Below, piece after piece: positions 56,070 through 64,000 of a stretch of DNA of 64,000 nucleotides. Position numbers and translations under genes: made by a program. The stretch lies in assembly GCA_965200315.1 (NCBI GenBank), contig OZ241362.1:1728001-1792000 (forward strand). Reading direction: 5' to 3'. Each line of letters opens with the position of its first letter. Within the stretch, counting starts at the first letter, position 1. The notes under the pieces are model-generated. The model searched no databases. It had not been told where the DNA came from and was given only the letters and a program-made list of their open reading frames with translations. This DNA is from Candidatus Latescibacterota bacterium (GTDB lineage: Bacteria > Latescibacterota > UBA2968 > UBA8231).

Positions 56070-56729
56070 ATGCGCGGCTTCGCCCTCTACGCCTCGCTCT
56101 CCATCGCGCTCCTCGCCGCAGACAGCCCGGCCCAGCCCCTATTTACCATTGCGCGGCTGCAATACGGCGGCGGCGGCGACTGGTACAGCGACCCCTCTTC
56201 CCTGCCCAACTTGCTCCGCTTCTTGCGGGAGCACACCCAAATCGACGCGGCCGAGGCTGAGGCACGTGTGCAAATCATGGATGAGGAGCTGTTCTCCTAT
56301 CCGTACCTCTACATGACCGGGCACGGCAATGTGGCCTTTTCCACTGAGGAGGCGGCGCGGCTTCGGCACTACTTGGAAAGCGGCGGCTTTCTGCACGCCG
56401 ACGACAACTACGGCATGGACGAGAGCTTCCGCCGCGCCATGCACCAAGTCTTCCCCAACGCCGAATGGGTGGAGCTGCCGCCCGACCATCCCCTGTTCCA
56501 CTGCCACTTTGAGTTGCCAGCCGGCCTGCCCAAGGTCCACGAACACGACGGCAAGAGGCCGCAAGCCCTCGCACTTTTCACCGGTGAGCACCTAGCCGTG
56601 CTGTACACGTATGAGGCCGACCTAGGCGACGGCTGGGAGGACCCCGACGTCCACAGCGACCCGGAGAGCAAGCGACTCGACGCCCTCAAAATGGGGGCCA
56701 ATATCGCGGTGTGGGCGCTGAGCCGCTAG
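56070..56729 (+). CDS. DUF4159 domain protein
   Basis: IARLQYGGGGDWY, PYLYMTGHG, GGFLHADDNYG, DLGDGWED. Confidence 0.88.
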   Translation: MRGFALYASLSIALLAADSPAQPLFTIARLQYGGGGDWYSDPSSLPNLLRFLREHTQIDAAEAEARVQIMDEELFSYPYLYMTGHGNVAFSTEEAARLRHYLESGGFLHADDNYGMDESFRRAMHQVFPNAEWVELPPDHPLFHCHFELPAGLPKVHEHDGKRPQALALFTGEHLAVLYTYEADLGDGWEDPDVHSDPESKRLDALKMGANIAVWALSR

Positions 56730-57200
56730 CGTCCAGGTCTGAACCGAAGCAAAACATAGACAGCGAATGCGCGACGGTCCTTTAACGGCACACGTTCAAG
56801 TAGGTTGATCGCCGCGGCGGCTTGGGCTATATCGTCCGCCACTTCGGACTTCAGCCAATGTCCCTCAGATGCGTAGTCCGCTCGATGGCGTTTCCGCTGC
56901 ATGTCCACGAACGATCCGGCAAATTCTTGAATTTCTGGAGGGAGCTGCTGGATTCGGCTCTGTTCGCACCGCTTGGCAGCGTCGCGGTGTTCTAGGGCGC
57001 GATAGGCTTGCACGCCATGCGGGTTCGCTTCGATTGGCTCTAGCAGTTCCTACTAGGGAGTCGGCGCAACATCTCGCCAAGCAATGGAATAGAGCATAAT
57101 AGGCCGTGCTGACAGCCCGGCGAAGATTCGCCTGCCGTGGAGCACCTTGGCCCTCGCCAACTAAGTCTTGCGCGGTGGAAACGAGGTCATACGGCGTCAC
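56726..57200 (-). pseudogene. HEPN-domain protein, frameshifted
   Basis: LRRAVSTAYYALFH in one frame joins QAYRALEH...KRHRADY in another; one extra base near 57011. Confidence 0.72.
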
Positions 57201-57504
57201 TTGGATGCTCGTCCCAGTCGGATTTTGCGATGTAGCGCATGATCGGAAACGCGGTGACGCCCGACTCCTGTAGGCGTCGCCTCAGCAGGGGAATCACTCC
57301 GACCATCCGCTCACCGCGCAATTGCCCAGCGACTCCATCGTAAATCGCCTTGACTTCGATAAATTCGTCGTCGTCGTCGTCCCACTCTTCTATATCGGGC
57401 TGGACGGAGACCATCACGAAGTCAATGTCGGCAAATTGCTCGCCCAACGTGGTTTCGACCACATGCTTCGCGTCATTCAATTGCTGTTGCGTGACTTCCG
57501 GCAT
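57187..57504 (-). CDS. Small acidic protein, putative nucleotidyltransferase-like antitoxin partner of the HEPN gene
   Basis: 105 aa; GGAGGA RBS; overlaps the HEPN start by 14 nt; acidic loop and AFP motif. Confidence 0.6.
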   Translation of the reverse strand: MPEVTQQQLNDAKHVVETTLGEQFADIDFVMVSVQPDIEEWDDDDDEFIEVKAIYDGVAGQLRGERMVGVIPLLRRRLQESGVTAFPIMRYIAKSDWDEHPSDAV

Positions 57505-57879
57505 TGTCGTCCTCCGTATCTGCGCTCGTCCATCCCCGCTGTTTTCTTAACATGTCTGATGGTTGTAGCCATTTATGCGATTCAAACTGGGCTTGCGACT
57601 CTTGAGACAGGGGATGATATCTGGCCTGAGCATTTCTCGGAAAAAGCGTTGGAGGCTGCCAAGACGATGGGCGAAGTGGTGTCCAAGTCCGCAGGGGAGT
57701 TAAGTGCAGTAAAAGTCCGATATAATGGACAGGCTACTAAAATGTCGTCCCGCTCTATTGCGTCTGTCGACCAATCACTGTTGAGAAACTTAGAGAACTT
57801 CGTCCAAAAAGCGAATTTCTACTCCAGATATACCAGATCAGCTTTCTATTCCGTTTGCATAACTCACTTTGACCCAGAC

Positions 57880-59487
57880 CTACCCCCCCTCCACAACCCT
57901 CACATACCTATCAATCGGCAACTCAGTCAGCCGTTGCAGCGCACCACTCGGCCAATAGATATGCAGCGAGTCGGCCCGGCCCGCCGCGCCCAAGCCAAAA
58001 TGCACGCGCCGGTCGCCGCTGCCCAAGAAGCTCTCGCCGCACAGCACGTCCCGCTGCTGCCTTTGACCGCCGCTCCACAATACGACCTTCGCGCCGACAG
58101 CCTCGCGGTTTTTTCCCGCACCCAAAAGACGCAGACCGAGCCAGTGATGACCTGTAGCCGTCTGGTTGTGCAGCAGGGAGGGCCGGCCATTGAGGTTGGT
58201 GACGAACAGATCCACGCGGCCGTCGTCGTCAAAATCCCCGGCCACCGCACCGCGACTGACCGCCCGCTCCTCGCCCAACTCGACGAGACTGAAATGACCA
58301 GCGTCATTGGCAAACAAGTGATTGGCTTGCGCGTAGGTCGCGCCGCTGCCCGGGCGTTCGATCTGCGGATACACGTGCCCGTTGGCCACGAACAAGTCTT
58401 GGTCAGCGTCGTTGTCAAAATCGAGAAAGACCGCGCCGAACCCCACGTAGGGCAGGCTGATGCGGCCCAAGCCCACAGCAAAGCTCACGTCCGCAAACGT
58501 GCCGCCGCCTGTGTTGCGATAGAGCGTGTTGTAGTCGTCCTCAAAATTGGTGACCAGCAAATCGCCGTCGCCGTCGTTGTCGTAATCGCCCCAAGCCGCG
58601 CCCATGCCGGCCTGCGCCAAGCCGGTTTCCCCCAGCGCGGCATTGGCCTGTAGCCCCACTTCGGCAAAGGTGCCAGTGCCATCGTTGCGGTAGAGGAAAT
58701 TGGGCGTTGAGTCATTGGCCACATACAGATCCAAATCCCCGTCGCCGTCGCTGTCGATGAAGAGCACGGCAAACCCATAGCCCGGGTCGTGCTGTCCAAG
58801 GCCGCTAGCCGCTGTCACCTCGGCAAAAATGCCAGCACCATCGTTGCGGTAGAGCGCGTCCGGCAACGCGGGCAAGCCCAGCGGACCGACGAATACGTCC
58901 CGGCCCTTCCACTGAGTCCCCAAGGGCCGCACTGCAGCCGAATCAAAATCCGCGTAATTGGCCACGTACAAATCCAAGTCGCCGTCCAAGTCCGCGTCGC
59001 CCATGGCCGCGCCCGTGCTCCACACCGGCAGCGCCAGCCCGGCGCGGGCCGTGGCATCGGCGAATTGCTCTAATCCGTCGTTGCGATAGAGGATGTTTTC
59101 TCGCAGGCACGTGATGTACAGGTCGGCATCGCCATCGGCATCGTAGTCCGCGCTCAGTGCGCCCATGCCCCAGCCGCGACCCGCAGCCCCGGCCGCGGCC
59201 GCTCGATCGACAAAGCCCCGGCCGCGGTCGTTGCGGTAGAGGGCATTGTCACCGCCCTCTCCGTTGACCCAATAGATGTCCAAATCGCCGTCGCCGTCCG
59301 CGTCGAGGAGCGCGGCCCCACCGCCTTTGGCTTCGACGATATAGCGCTTTTCCGCGCCGCCGCCGACGTGGGAGCGCTCCAAACCCCACTCACTGGCCTT
59401 GTCGATGAAGGGAAAGGAAGGGCCGTCGGCAGGCGCGCAGGCCACCATGCACAGCGGCAACAGCCCCCCCCACTTCAATCGCGCCAC
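57880..59487 (-). CDS. ASPIC/UnbV (CRTAC1-like) FG-GAP protein, probable lipoprotein
   Basis: LLPLCMVAC signal; FG-GAP repeats; NREAVGAKV...HFGLG...WPSG. Confidence 0.92.
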   Translation of the reverse strand: MARLKWGGLLPLCMVACAPADGPSFPFIDKASEWGLERSHVGGGAEKRYIVEAKGGGAALLDADGDGDLDIYWVNGEGGDNALYRNDRGRGFVDRAAAAGAAGRGWGMGALSADYDADGDADLYITCLRENILYRNDGLEQFADATARAGLALPVWSTGAAMGDADLDGDLDLYVANYADFDSAAVRPLGTQWKGRDVFVGPLGLPALPDALYRNDGAGIFAEVTAASGLGQHDPGYGFAVLFIDSDGDGDLDLYVANDSTPNFLYRNDGTGTFAEVGLQANAALGETGLAQAGMGAAWGDYDNDGDGDLLVTNFEDDYNTLYRNTGGGTFADVSFAVGLGRISLPYVGFGAVFLDFDNDADQDLFVANGHVYPQIERPGSGATYAQANHLFANDAGHFSLVELGEERAVSRGAVAGDFDDDGRVDLFVTNLNGRPSLLHNQTATGHHWLGLRLLGAGKNREAVGAKVVLWSGGQRQQRDVLCGESFLGSGDRRVHFGLGAAGRADSLHIYWPSGALQRLTELPIDRYVRVVEGG

Positions 59488-59493
59488 AACCCC

Positions 59494-62400
59494 TCAAGAC
59501 CCGGTAACTGGCGCGACCTCGGCGGTTTCATCCTCGCTCAACCGCCCCCAAAGCCCTTGGACGTCCACCAGCAGGCGCATTCCCACCGGGACGCCTAGCA
59601 AAATGATGAAGGTGGCAAAGAGGATGCCAAAGCCTAGGCTGACGGCCATGGGCATCAGGAACTGCGCCTGGAGGCTCTCTTCGAGGATCATCGGTAGTAG
59701 CCCGAAGAAGGTCGTCAGGGAGGTGAGCAGGATGGGACGGAAGCGTGCGACCCCGGCCGAGACTAGAGCTTCCTCGTGCGACGTACCCTCGCGCCGCATC
59801 TGATTGTACAAGCTCAGCAGCACCAGCGAATCGTTGACCACCACACCCGACAGCGCGACGATCCCAAAGAGGCTCAAAAGCGCCAAGTCCAAGCCCATGA
59901 GAAGATGCCCCCAAACCGCACCGATGATGCCGAAGGGAATCGCGCTCATGACGACGAGGGGCTGGGTGTACGATCTGAATGGCACGGCTAGCAGCACGTA
60001 GATGGCAAAAAGAGCGATGATAAAGTTGAACAACAGGCTCTGTAGCGAGTCCTGCTGCTCCTGCTGCTCGCCCGCGAAGCGGTAGCGCAGCTCGGGATAG
60101 TCTTGGACCAGCGCGGGCAGAAAAGACGCTTCGAGATCGCGGTTTATTTCATCGGCATTGGCAGCTTGGTCATCTACTGAGGCACTTACCCGCACGACGC
60201 GCTGGCCATCGGTGCGCTGGATGGACGCATAGGCGTGGCCGACGGTGACGGTGGCCACCTCGGCAAAGGGCACCTCGGCACCCGAAGGGGTGCGGACGCG
60301 CATTGAGCGCACGTCGCCTACGTTGCGACGCTCGTCTTTGGGATACCGTACCATCACCCGCACGTCGTCCGAGCCGCGCTGGAATCTCAGTACTTGGTCG
60401 CCGTAGAAGCCCTGGCGCACCTGCCGCGCCAAATCCGCGAGGGTGAGGCCGAGGGTGCGGGCTTGGGGCTTGAGCTGGAGTTTCATCTCTAGCTTGCCCT
60501 CCGCAAAGCTGTCTTGGATATCACCGACGCCGGCGTACTCGGCGATCTTGCCCTTGAGACGCTCGACAGCCAACAAGAGCTGGTCAAAGTTTTTTGAGGC
60601 TAGCTCGACCTCAATGGGATTGCCCACGGAAAACAGCGTCGAAGAAAAAACAATGGATTCGGGGCCGGGGACCTCGCCAACCAGTTGGCGCAACCGCGCC
60701 TCAATCTCCGCGCTGGCGAGATCGCGTTCCTCGGAAGGTAAGAGTTCGACGGTAACTTCGGCTAGATGTCCTTGGCCCGCCCCTCGGACACTGACTAAAG
60801 AAGAACGCCGGGCCATAGGTTGGTCGCCGATGTAGGTAAAGACATTGCGGTAGATTGAATCCCCACCTCCGCGCTCGGCGTCGATCTGGTCGCGCAGGAC
60901 GATGGCCTGTTCCTCGATGTGTCGCACGACCTTGGCAGTCTGAGTCGCCGTGGTGCCCTGCGGCATGTTGACCGCGATCGTCACCCAATCGGACCCAATG
61001 CCAGGCATAACCACTAACTTGATATGACCGCCAGTGACCAGCCCAGCGGTACACAGCATCAGCGATAAGGCCAAAGCGGCCGTGGAAATCGGATGGGCCA
61101 GCGCCAAACGCAACGTGGGCTTATAGGTGTTGCGAATGACGTGCTGGAGGCCGCGGTCAAAGAGGACGACGACCCGGGCGTGCCAATCGAGCGGGCGTAT
61201 GAAAATCCGGCGAAACAAGCGGCTGAGTGGCCCGTCCCCCTTAGAGGATAAGTGCGCCGGCAGAATGAACAGGCTCTCGATCAGCGACAGCAGCAACACG
61301 GAGATGACGATCACCGGGATGACCGACAGGAACTTACCTATCATGCCCTCGACGAAAAACAATGGCATAAAGGCCGCAATCGAGGTCATAATCGAGAACG
61401 CGACCGGCGTACCCACTTCAAGCGCGCCATCAATGGCGGCGCGGCCAAAGGATTTACCCTGTACGCGATGGGAAAAAATGTTTTCGCCGACGATGATCGC
61501 GTCGTCCACGACGATGCCCAAGGCCACGATAAAGGCAAACAGCGACAGCATGTTGATTGAGGCGTCAAAAGGCTCCATTAGCACAAAGGCCCCCAAAAAG
61601 CTGATCGGGATACCCATCATTACCCAGAAAGCCAAGCGCAAGTCGAGGAAGAGGCTCAGACAGATGAAGACCAGCACCAGACCAAGGCGGGCGTTGCGAA
61701 TAAGCAAATCGATGCGGCTGCGCAGGATGCGTGCGTCGTCGCGCGCGTAGCCGATGTGGATCCCGGCCGGCAGGGTTTGGCGTTTGTCCTCAATGTACTG
61801 GTGGACATAGTCGGAGATGTCGAGGGCGTTCTGATCGCCAATGCGATAGACCTGCACCACGGCCGCTGGCTGGCCGTTGAAGCGCGCGACGAGTTCGGTA
61901 TCCTCAAACCCATCGACGACCGTGGCCACGTCTTTGAGCTTGAGGGCCGTGCCGTCGGGGCGGGTCAGCACGACGACCTCTTCGTATGCTCGCCCTGTGC
62001 GCATCAGCCCCTGAGTACGGAGCAAAATCGCGCCATCCTCGCTCTCGACGCTGCCAGCGGGCAGGTCAACGCTCGTGCGGCGGACTGCAGCGGCGACCTG
62101 CGCGAAGGTCAAGCCGTAGCGGCGCAGAGCCTCTTCGGAGACCTCAATGGCAATTTCATCGACGCGTACGCCCTTGAGCTCGACCTGCGAAATGACGCCG
62201 CTGCTGCGCAGATCGTCGCGCACTCGTTCGGCCGCGACTTTGAGCGCCTTCTCCTCAACATCACCGTAGAGCACCACGTGAATGGCTTGATTGCGGCGAG
62301 TCAGCTCTTTGACGACCGGCTCCTCGGTCTCAGCGGGAAAGGTGTCGATGCGGTCGAGCTCGTTTTTGATATCGTCGAGGCTCTTATCTATATCGGCACC

Positions 62401-62694
62401 GCGCTCTAGCTCGACGCTGACTACGCCCATACCCTCAGAAGCAGTGGAGCGCACGTGGCGCACCCCATCTAGGCCGCGCACCCGCTCCTCAATGCGCTTG
62501 CAAACGGCATCCTCAACCTCGGCCGGCGTCGCGCCTAAGTAGGGCACTTGGATTTGCACCTGATCGAGCGACATCTCGGGGAAGGTCTCTTTCTTGGTAT
62601 GCATCATGGCAAACAGACCGCTCAACATGATGAAGCCCATCAGCAGATTGGCGGCGACGTGGTTCTTGGCCATCCAAGATACGGGTGCTTTCAC
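59494..62694 (-). CDS. RND efflux transporter permease (AcrB/AcrD/AcrF family)
   Basis: LGIVVDDAIIVGEN, GVVVNDSLVL, RFRPILLTSLTT; 1066 aa. Confidence 0.95.
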   Translation of the reverse strand: MKAPVSWMAKNHVAANLLMGFIMLSGLFAMMHTKKETFPEMSLDQVQIQVPYLGATPAEVEDAVCKRIEERVRGLDGVRHVRSTASEGMGVVSVELERGADIDKSLDDIKNELDRIDTFPAETEEPVVKELTRRNQAIHVVLYGDVEEKALKVAAERVRDDLRSSGVISQVELKGVRVDEIAIEVSEEALRRYGLTFAQVAAAVRRTSVDLPAGSVESEDGAILLRTQGLMRTGRAYEEVVVLTRPDGTALKLKDVATVVDGFEDTELVARFNGQPAAVVQVYRIGDQNALDISDYVHQYIEDKRQTLPAGIHIGYARDDARILRSRIDLLIRNARLGLVLVFICLSLFLDLRLAFWVMMGIPISFLGAFVLMEPFDASINMLSLFAFIVALGIVVDDAIIVGENIFSHRVQGKSFGRAAIDGALEVGTPVAFSIMTSIAAFMPLFFVEGMIGKFLSVIPVIVISVLLLSLIESLFILPAHLSSKGDGPLSRLFRRIFIRPLDWHARVVVLFDRGLQHVIRNTYKPTLRLALAHPISTAALALSLMLCTAGLVTGGHIKLVVMPGIGSDWVTIAVNMPQGTTATQTAKVVRHIEEQAIVLRDQIDAERGGGDSIYRNVFTYIGDQPMARRSSLVSVRGAGQGHLAEVTVELLPSEERDLASAEIEARLRQLVGEVPGPESIVFSSTLFSVGNPIEVELASKNFDQLLLAVERLKGKIAEYAGVGDIQDSFAEGKLEMKLQLKPQARTLGLTLADLARQVRQGFYGDQVLRFQRGSDDVRVMVRYPKDERRNVGDVRSMRVRTPSGAEVPFAEVATVTVGHAYASIQRTDGQRVVRVSASVDDQAANADEINRDLEASFLPALVQDYPELRYRFAGEQQEQQDSLQSLLFNFIIALFAIYVLLAVPFRSYTQPLVVMSAIPFGIIGAVWGHLLMGLDLALLSLFGIVALSGVVVNDSLVLLSLYNQMRREGTSHEEALVSAGVARFRPILLTSLTTFFGLLPMILEESLQAQFLMPMAVSLGFGILFATFIILLGVPVGMRLLVDVQGLWGRLSEDETAEVAPVTGS

Positions 62695-63932
62695 GGTTGA
62701 GCTCCTAGGTTGCCGTCCGCGAGGCGCACCTGCATCCCGTCGGTAACGCCGCTGAGCTGAGAGACGATGACCCGCTCTTCCGGGGCCATATCGATATAGG
62801 CCAGCACTTCATCTTCAAGTGCGCGCGCCACTTGCACTTGGCGGATGCGGAGGACGCCGTCGCGGCCCACCGCCCACACGCGGTCGCCCTCGCGCAAAGC
62901 GACGCGGGGCAGGACGCGGACGCCGTCGACCGTGCGGCCGGCGATAGCCACCTCGACGAACATCCCCACCGTCAGCGGCGGGGTCCCATCGGCAATGCCA
63001 CCGTAGGGAGCTTCGACCTCAACGACTAAGCGGACCATGCGGCTTTGCGGGTCGAGCTCGCCCTCGGTGCGGACTACGCGCCCATCCCACTGGTGCCGAC
63101 GGCCGGCAAAGGCCCCGCGGACCACAACACTGGCACCCTCTCGGCTAAAGGCAAAGGCGTGGGAACGGCCCTCGGCGTTGCGCTCGGCAACAGCATTGGG
63201 CGTACTGGCCGCCGCGATAGCAATGGGCAGCGGTAGGGTGAACCACCCGAGGTCTTCGTCGGGGACGGGAACGACGATCTCGGCCTTTTCGATACTGTAT
63301 AGTTGGGCGATGGCTTGGCCGGCGTTGAGGTGCTGGCCGACATCGACGCGAGCCGTGCGCACCCGACCGGCAAACGGCGCGTACACCTTGGTGCGGTCTA
63401 AGCGCAACCGCGCTTCGGCGAGCCGCGCTTCCGCTCCTTGGAGGCTGGCCTCGGCCGCCCGTAGCTGGGGTTGGCGCAGCACCAAGTCAGTGGGAGCTTC
63501 TTCGGCGTGCAGCCGCTGCCACTCCTGCTTGGCAATAGCGGCTTCCTCTCGGGCCAAGTCGAGTTGATAGCTCGCCTGCGCCACTTGGGCGGCGGCCTGT
63601 TGCACGGCGAGTTCGTAGTCGCGCGGGTCAATCCGAAACAGCAGCGCGCCCTTGGCAAAGGTCCCGCCGGGTTTGAAATCGGCGTCCTTCCACACCACAA
63701 TACCCGACACCTGCGGCACTAGATCAATCTGGGCGTCGGGACGCACTGTACCCTGCCCCTCAACTACGACTTGAACCTGCTGGAGCGGGGCGGCTACGGC
63801 TTCGACGAGCGGGCCGACATAGGAGCGTGAGACGCGCTGGGGCGGCTCGCGCATTGAGTCCAGCAGTTGGAAGGCCCCAAAGCCGAGGGCGAGAATGAGA
63901 ATCGGCAAAGCTATTTTGAAGACGCGCATCAT
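62691..63932 (-). CDS. RND periplasmic adaptor (membrane fusion protein)
   Basis: N-terminal TM, PQVSG, LFRIDPRDY, RTKVYAPFAGRV, GMFVEV. Confidence 0.94.
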   Translation of the reverse strand: MMRVFKIALPILILALGFGAFQLLDSMREPPQRVSRSYVGPLVEAVAAPLQQVQVVVEGQGTVRPDAQIDLVPQVSGIVVWKDADFKPGGTFAKGALLFRIDPRDYELAVQQAAAQVAQASYQLDLAREEAAIAKQEWQRLHAEEAPTDLVLRQPQLRAAEASLQGAEARLAEARLRLDRTKVYAPFAGRVRTARVDVGQHLNAGQAIAQLYSIEKAEIVVPVPDEDLGWFTLPLPIAIAAASTPNAVAERNAEGRSHAFAFSREGASVVVRGAFAGRRHQWDGRVVRTEGELDPQSRMVRLVVEVEAPYGGIADGTPPLTVGMFVEVAIAGRTVDGVRVLPRVALREGDRVWAVGRDGVLRIRQVQVARALEDEVLAYIDMAPEERVIVSQLSGVTDGMQVRLADGNLGAQP

Positions 63933-64000
63933 TGCTGAATCTCCGCGTACTGAGAGGCAAGGGTAAAGCCGCCGCCAAGGGCTAGGTGCAAATCGATCCG
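63929..64000 (-). CDS. C-terminus of TolC/OprM-family outer-membrane efflux protein (cut by window edge)
   Basis: RIDLHLALGGGF...QQ*; stop overlaps the adaptor start. Confidence 0.8.
   Translation of the reverse strand, partial: RIDLHLALGGGFTLASQYAEIQQ

Noticed and set aside
57322-58653. 443-aa plus-strand ORF
   Set aside because: Mostly antisense to the ASPIC/UnbV gene and the small acidic ORF; only the middle (about 57550-57810) looks like a real gene fragment.

Overview
Bacterial chromosomal window, probably from an FCB-superphylum lineage such as Latescibacterota (inferred from gene content, not proven). (1) 1-22 kb looks less GC-rich than the rest and encodes a cell-surface cluster: three ASPIC/UnbV (CRTAC1-like, FG-GAP) propeller proteins, a TPR protein, a secreted acidic protein ending in TAVESDSWGDIKASFSR, three paralogous secreted proteins with a C-terminal FlgD/T9SS-like Ig domain, a 903-aa probable outer-membrane protein, a SurA/PrsA-like PPIase, an FGE-fold protein and a membrane/spermidine-synthase-like fusion. 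(2) 22-34 kb holds catabolic and transport genes (DegT aminotransferase, HpcH aldolase, degenerate M19 dipeptidase, two PhyH dioxygenases, MFS, NupC) and tRNA-Lys(CTT). (3) 34-57 kb is a housekeeping run (efp, accB, accC, gcvH, HNH, scpA, scpB, rluB, cmk, rpsA, mutS, rlmB, LptD-like, dtd, maf, rodZ, priA, PorZ-like, DUF4159). (4) 57.9-64 kb holds an RND efflux operon plus a fourth ASPIC/UnbV gene. Main unexplained signals: a 22-bp palindromic mini-element flanked by CC, present four times, three of them inside scpA, rlmB and priA without breaking the frame; the surface/secretion operon at 5-17 kb; and toxin-antitoxin/nuclease fragments lodged at gene 3' ends, one set bounded by a duplicated 3' end of the DegT gene. 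All family assignments come from motif recognition by eye; no database search was run.
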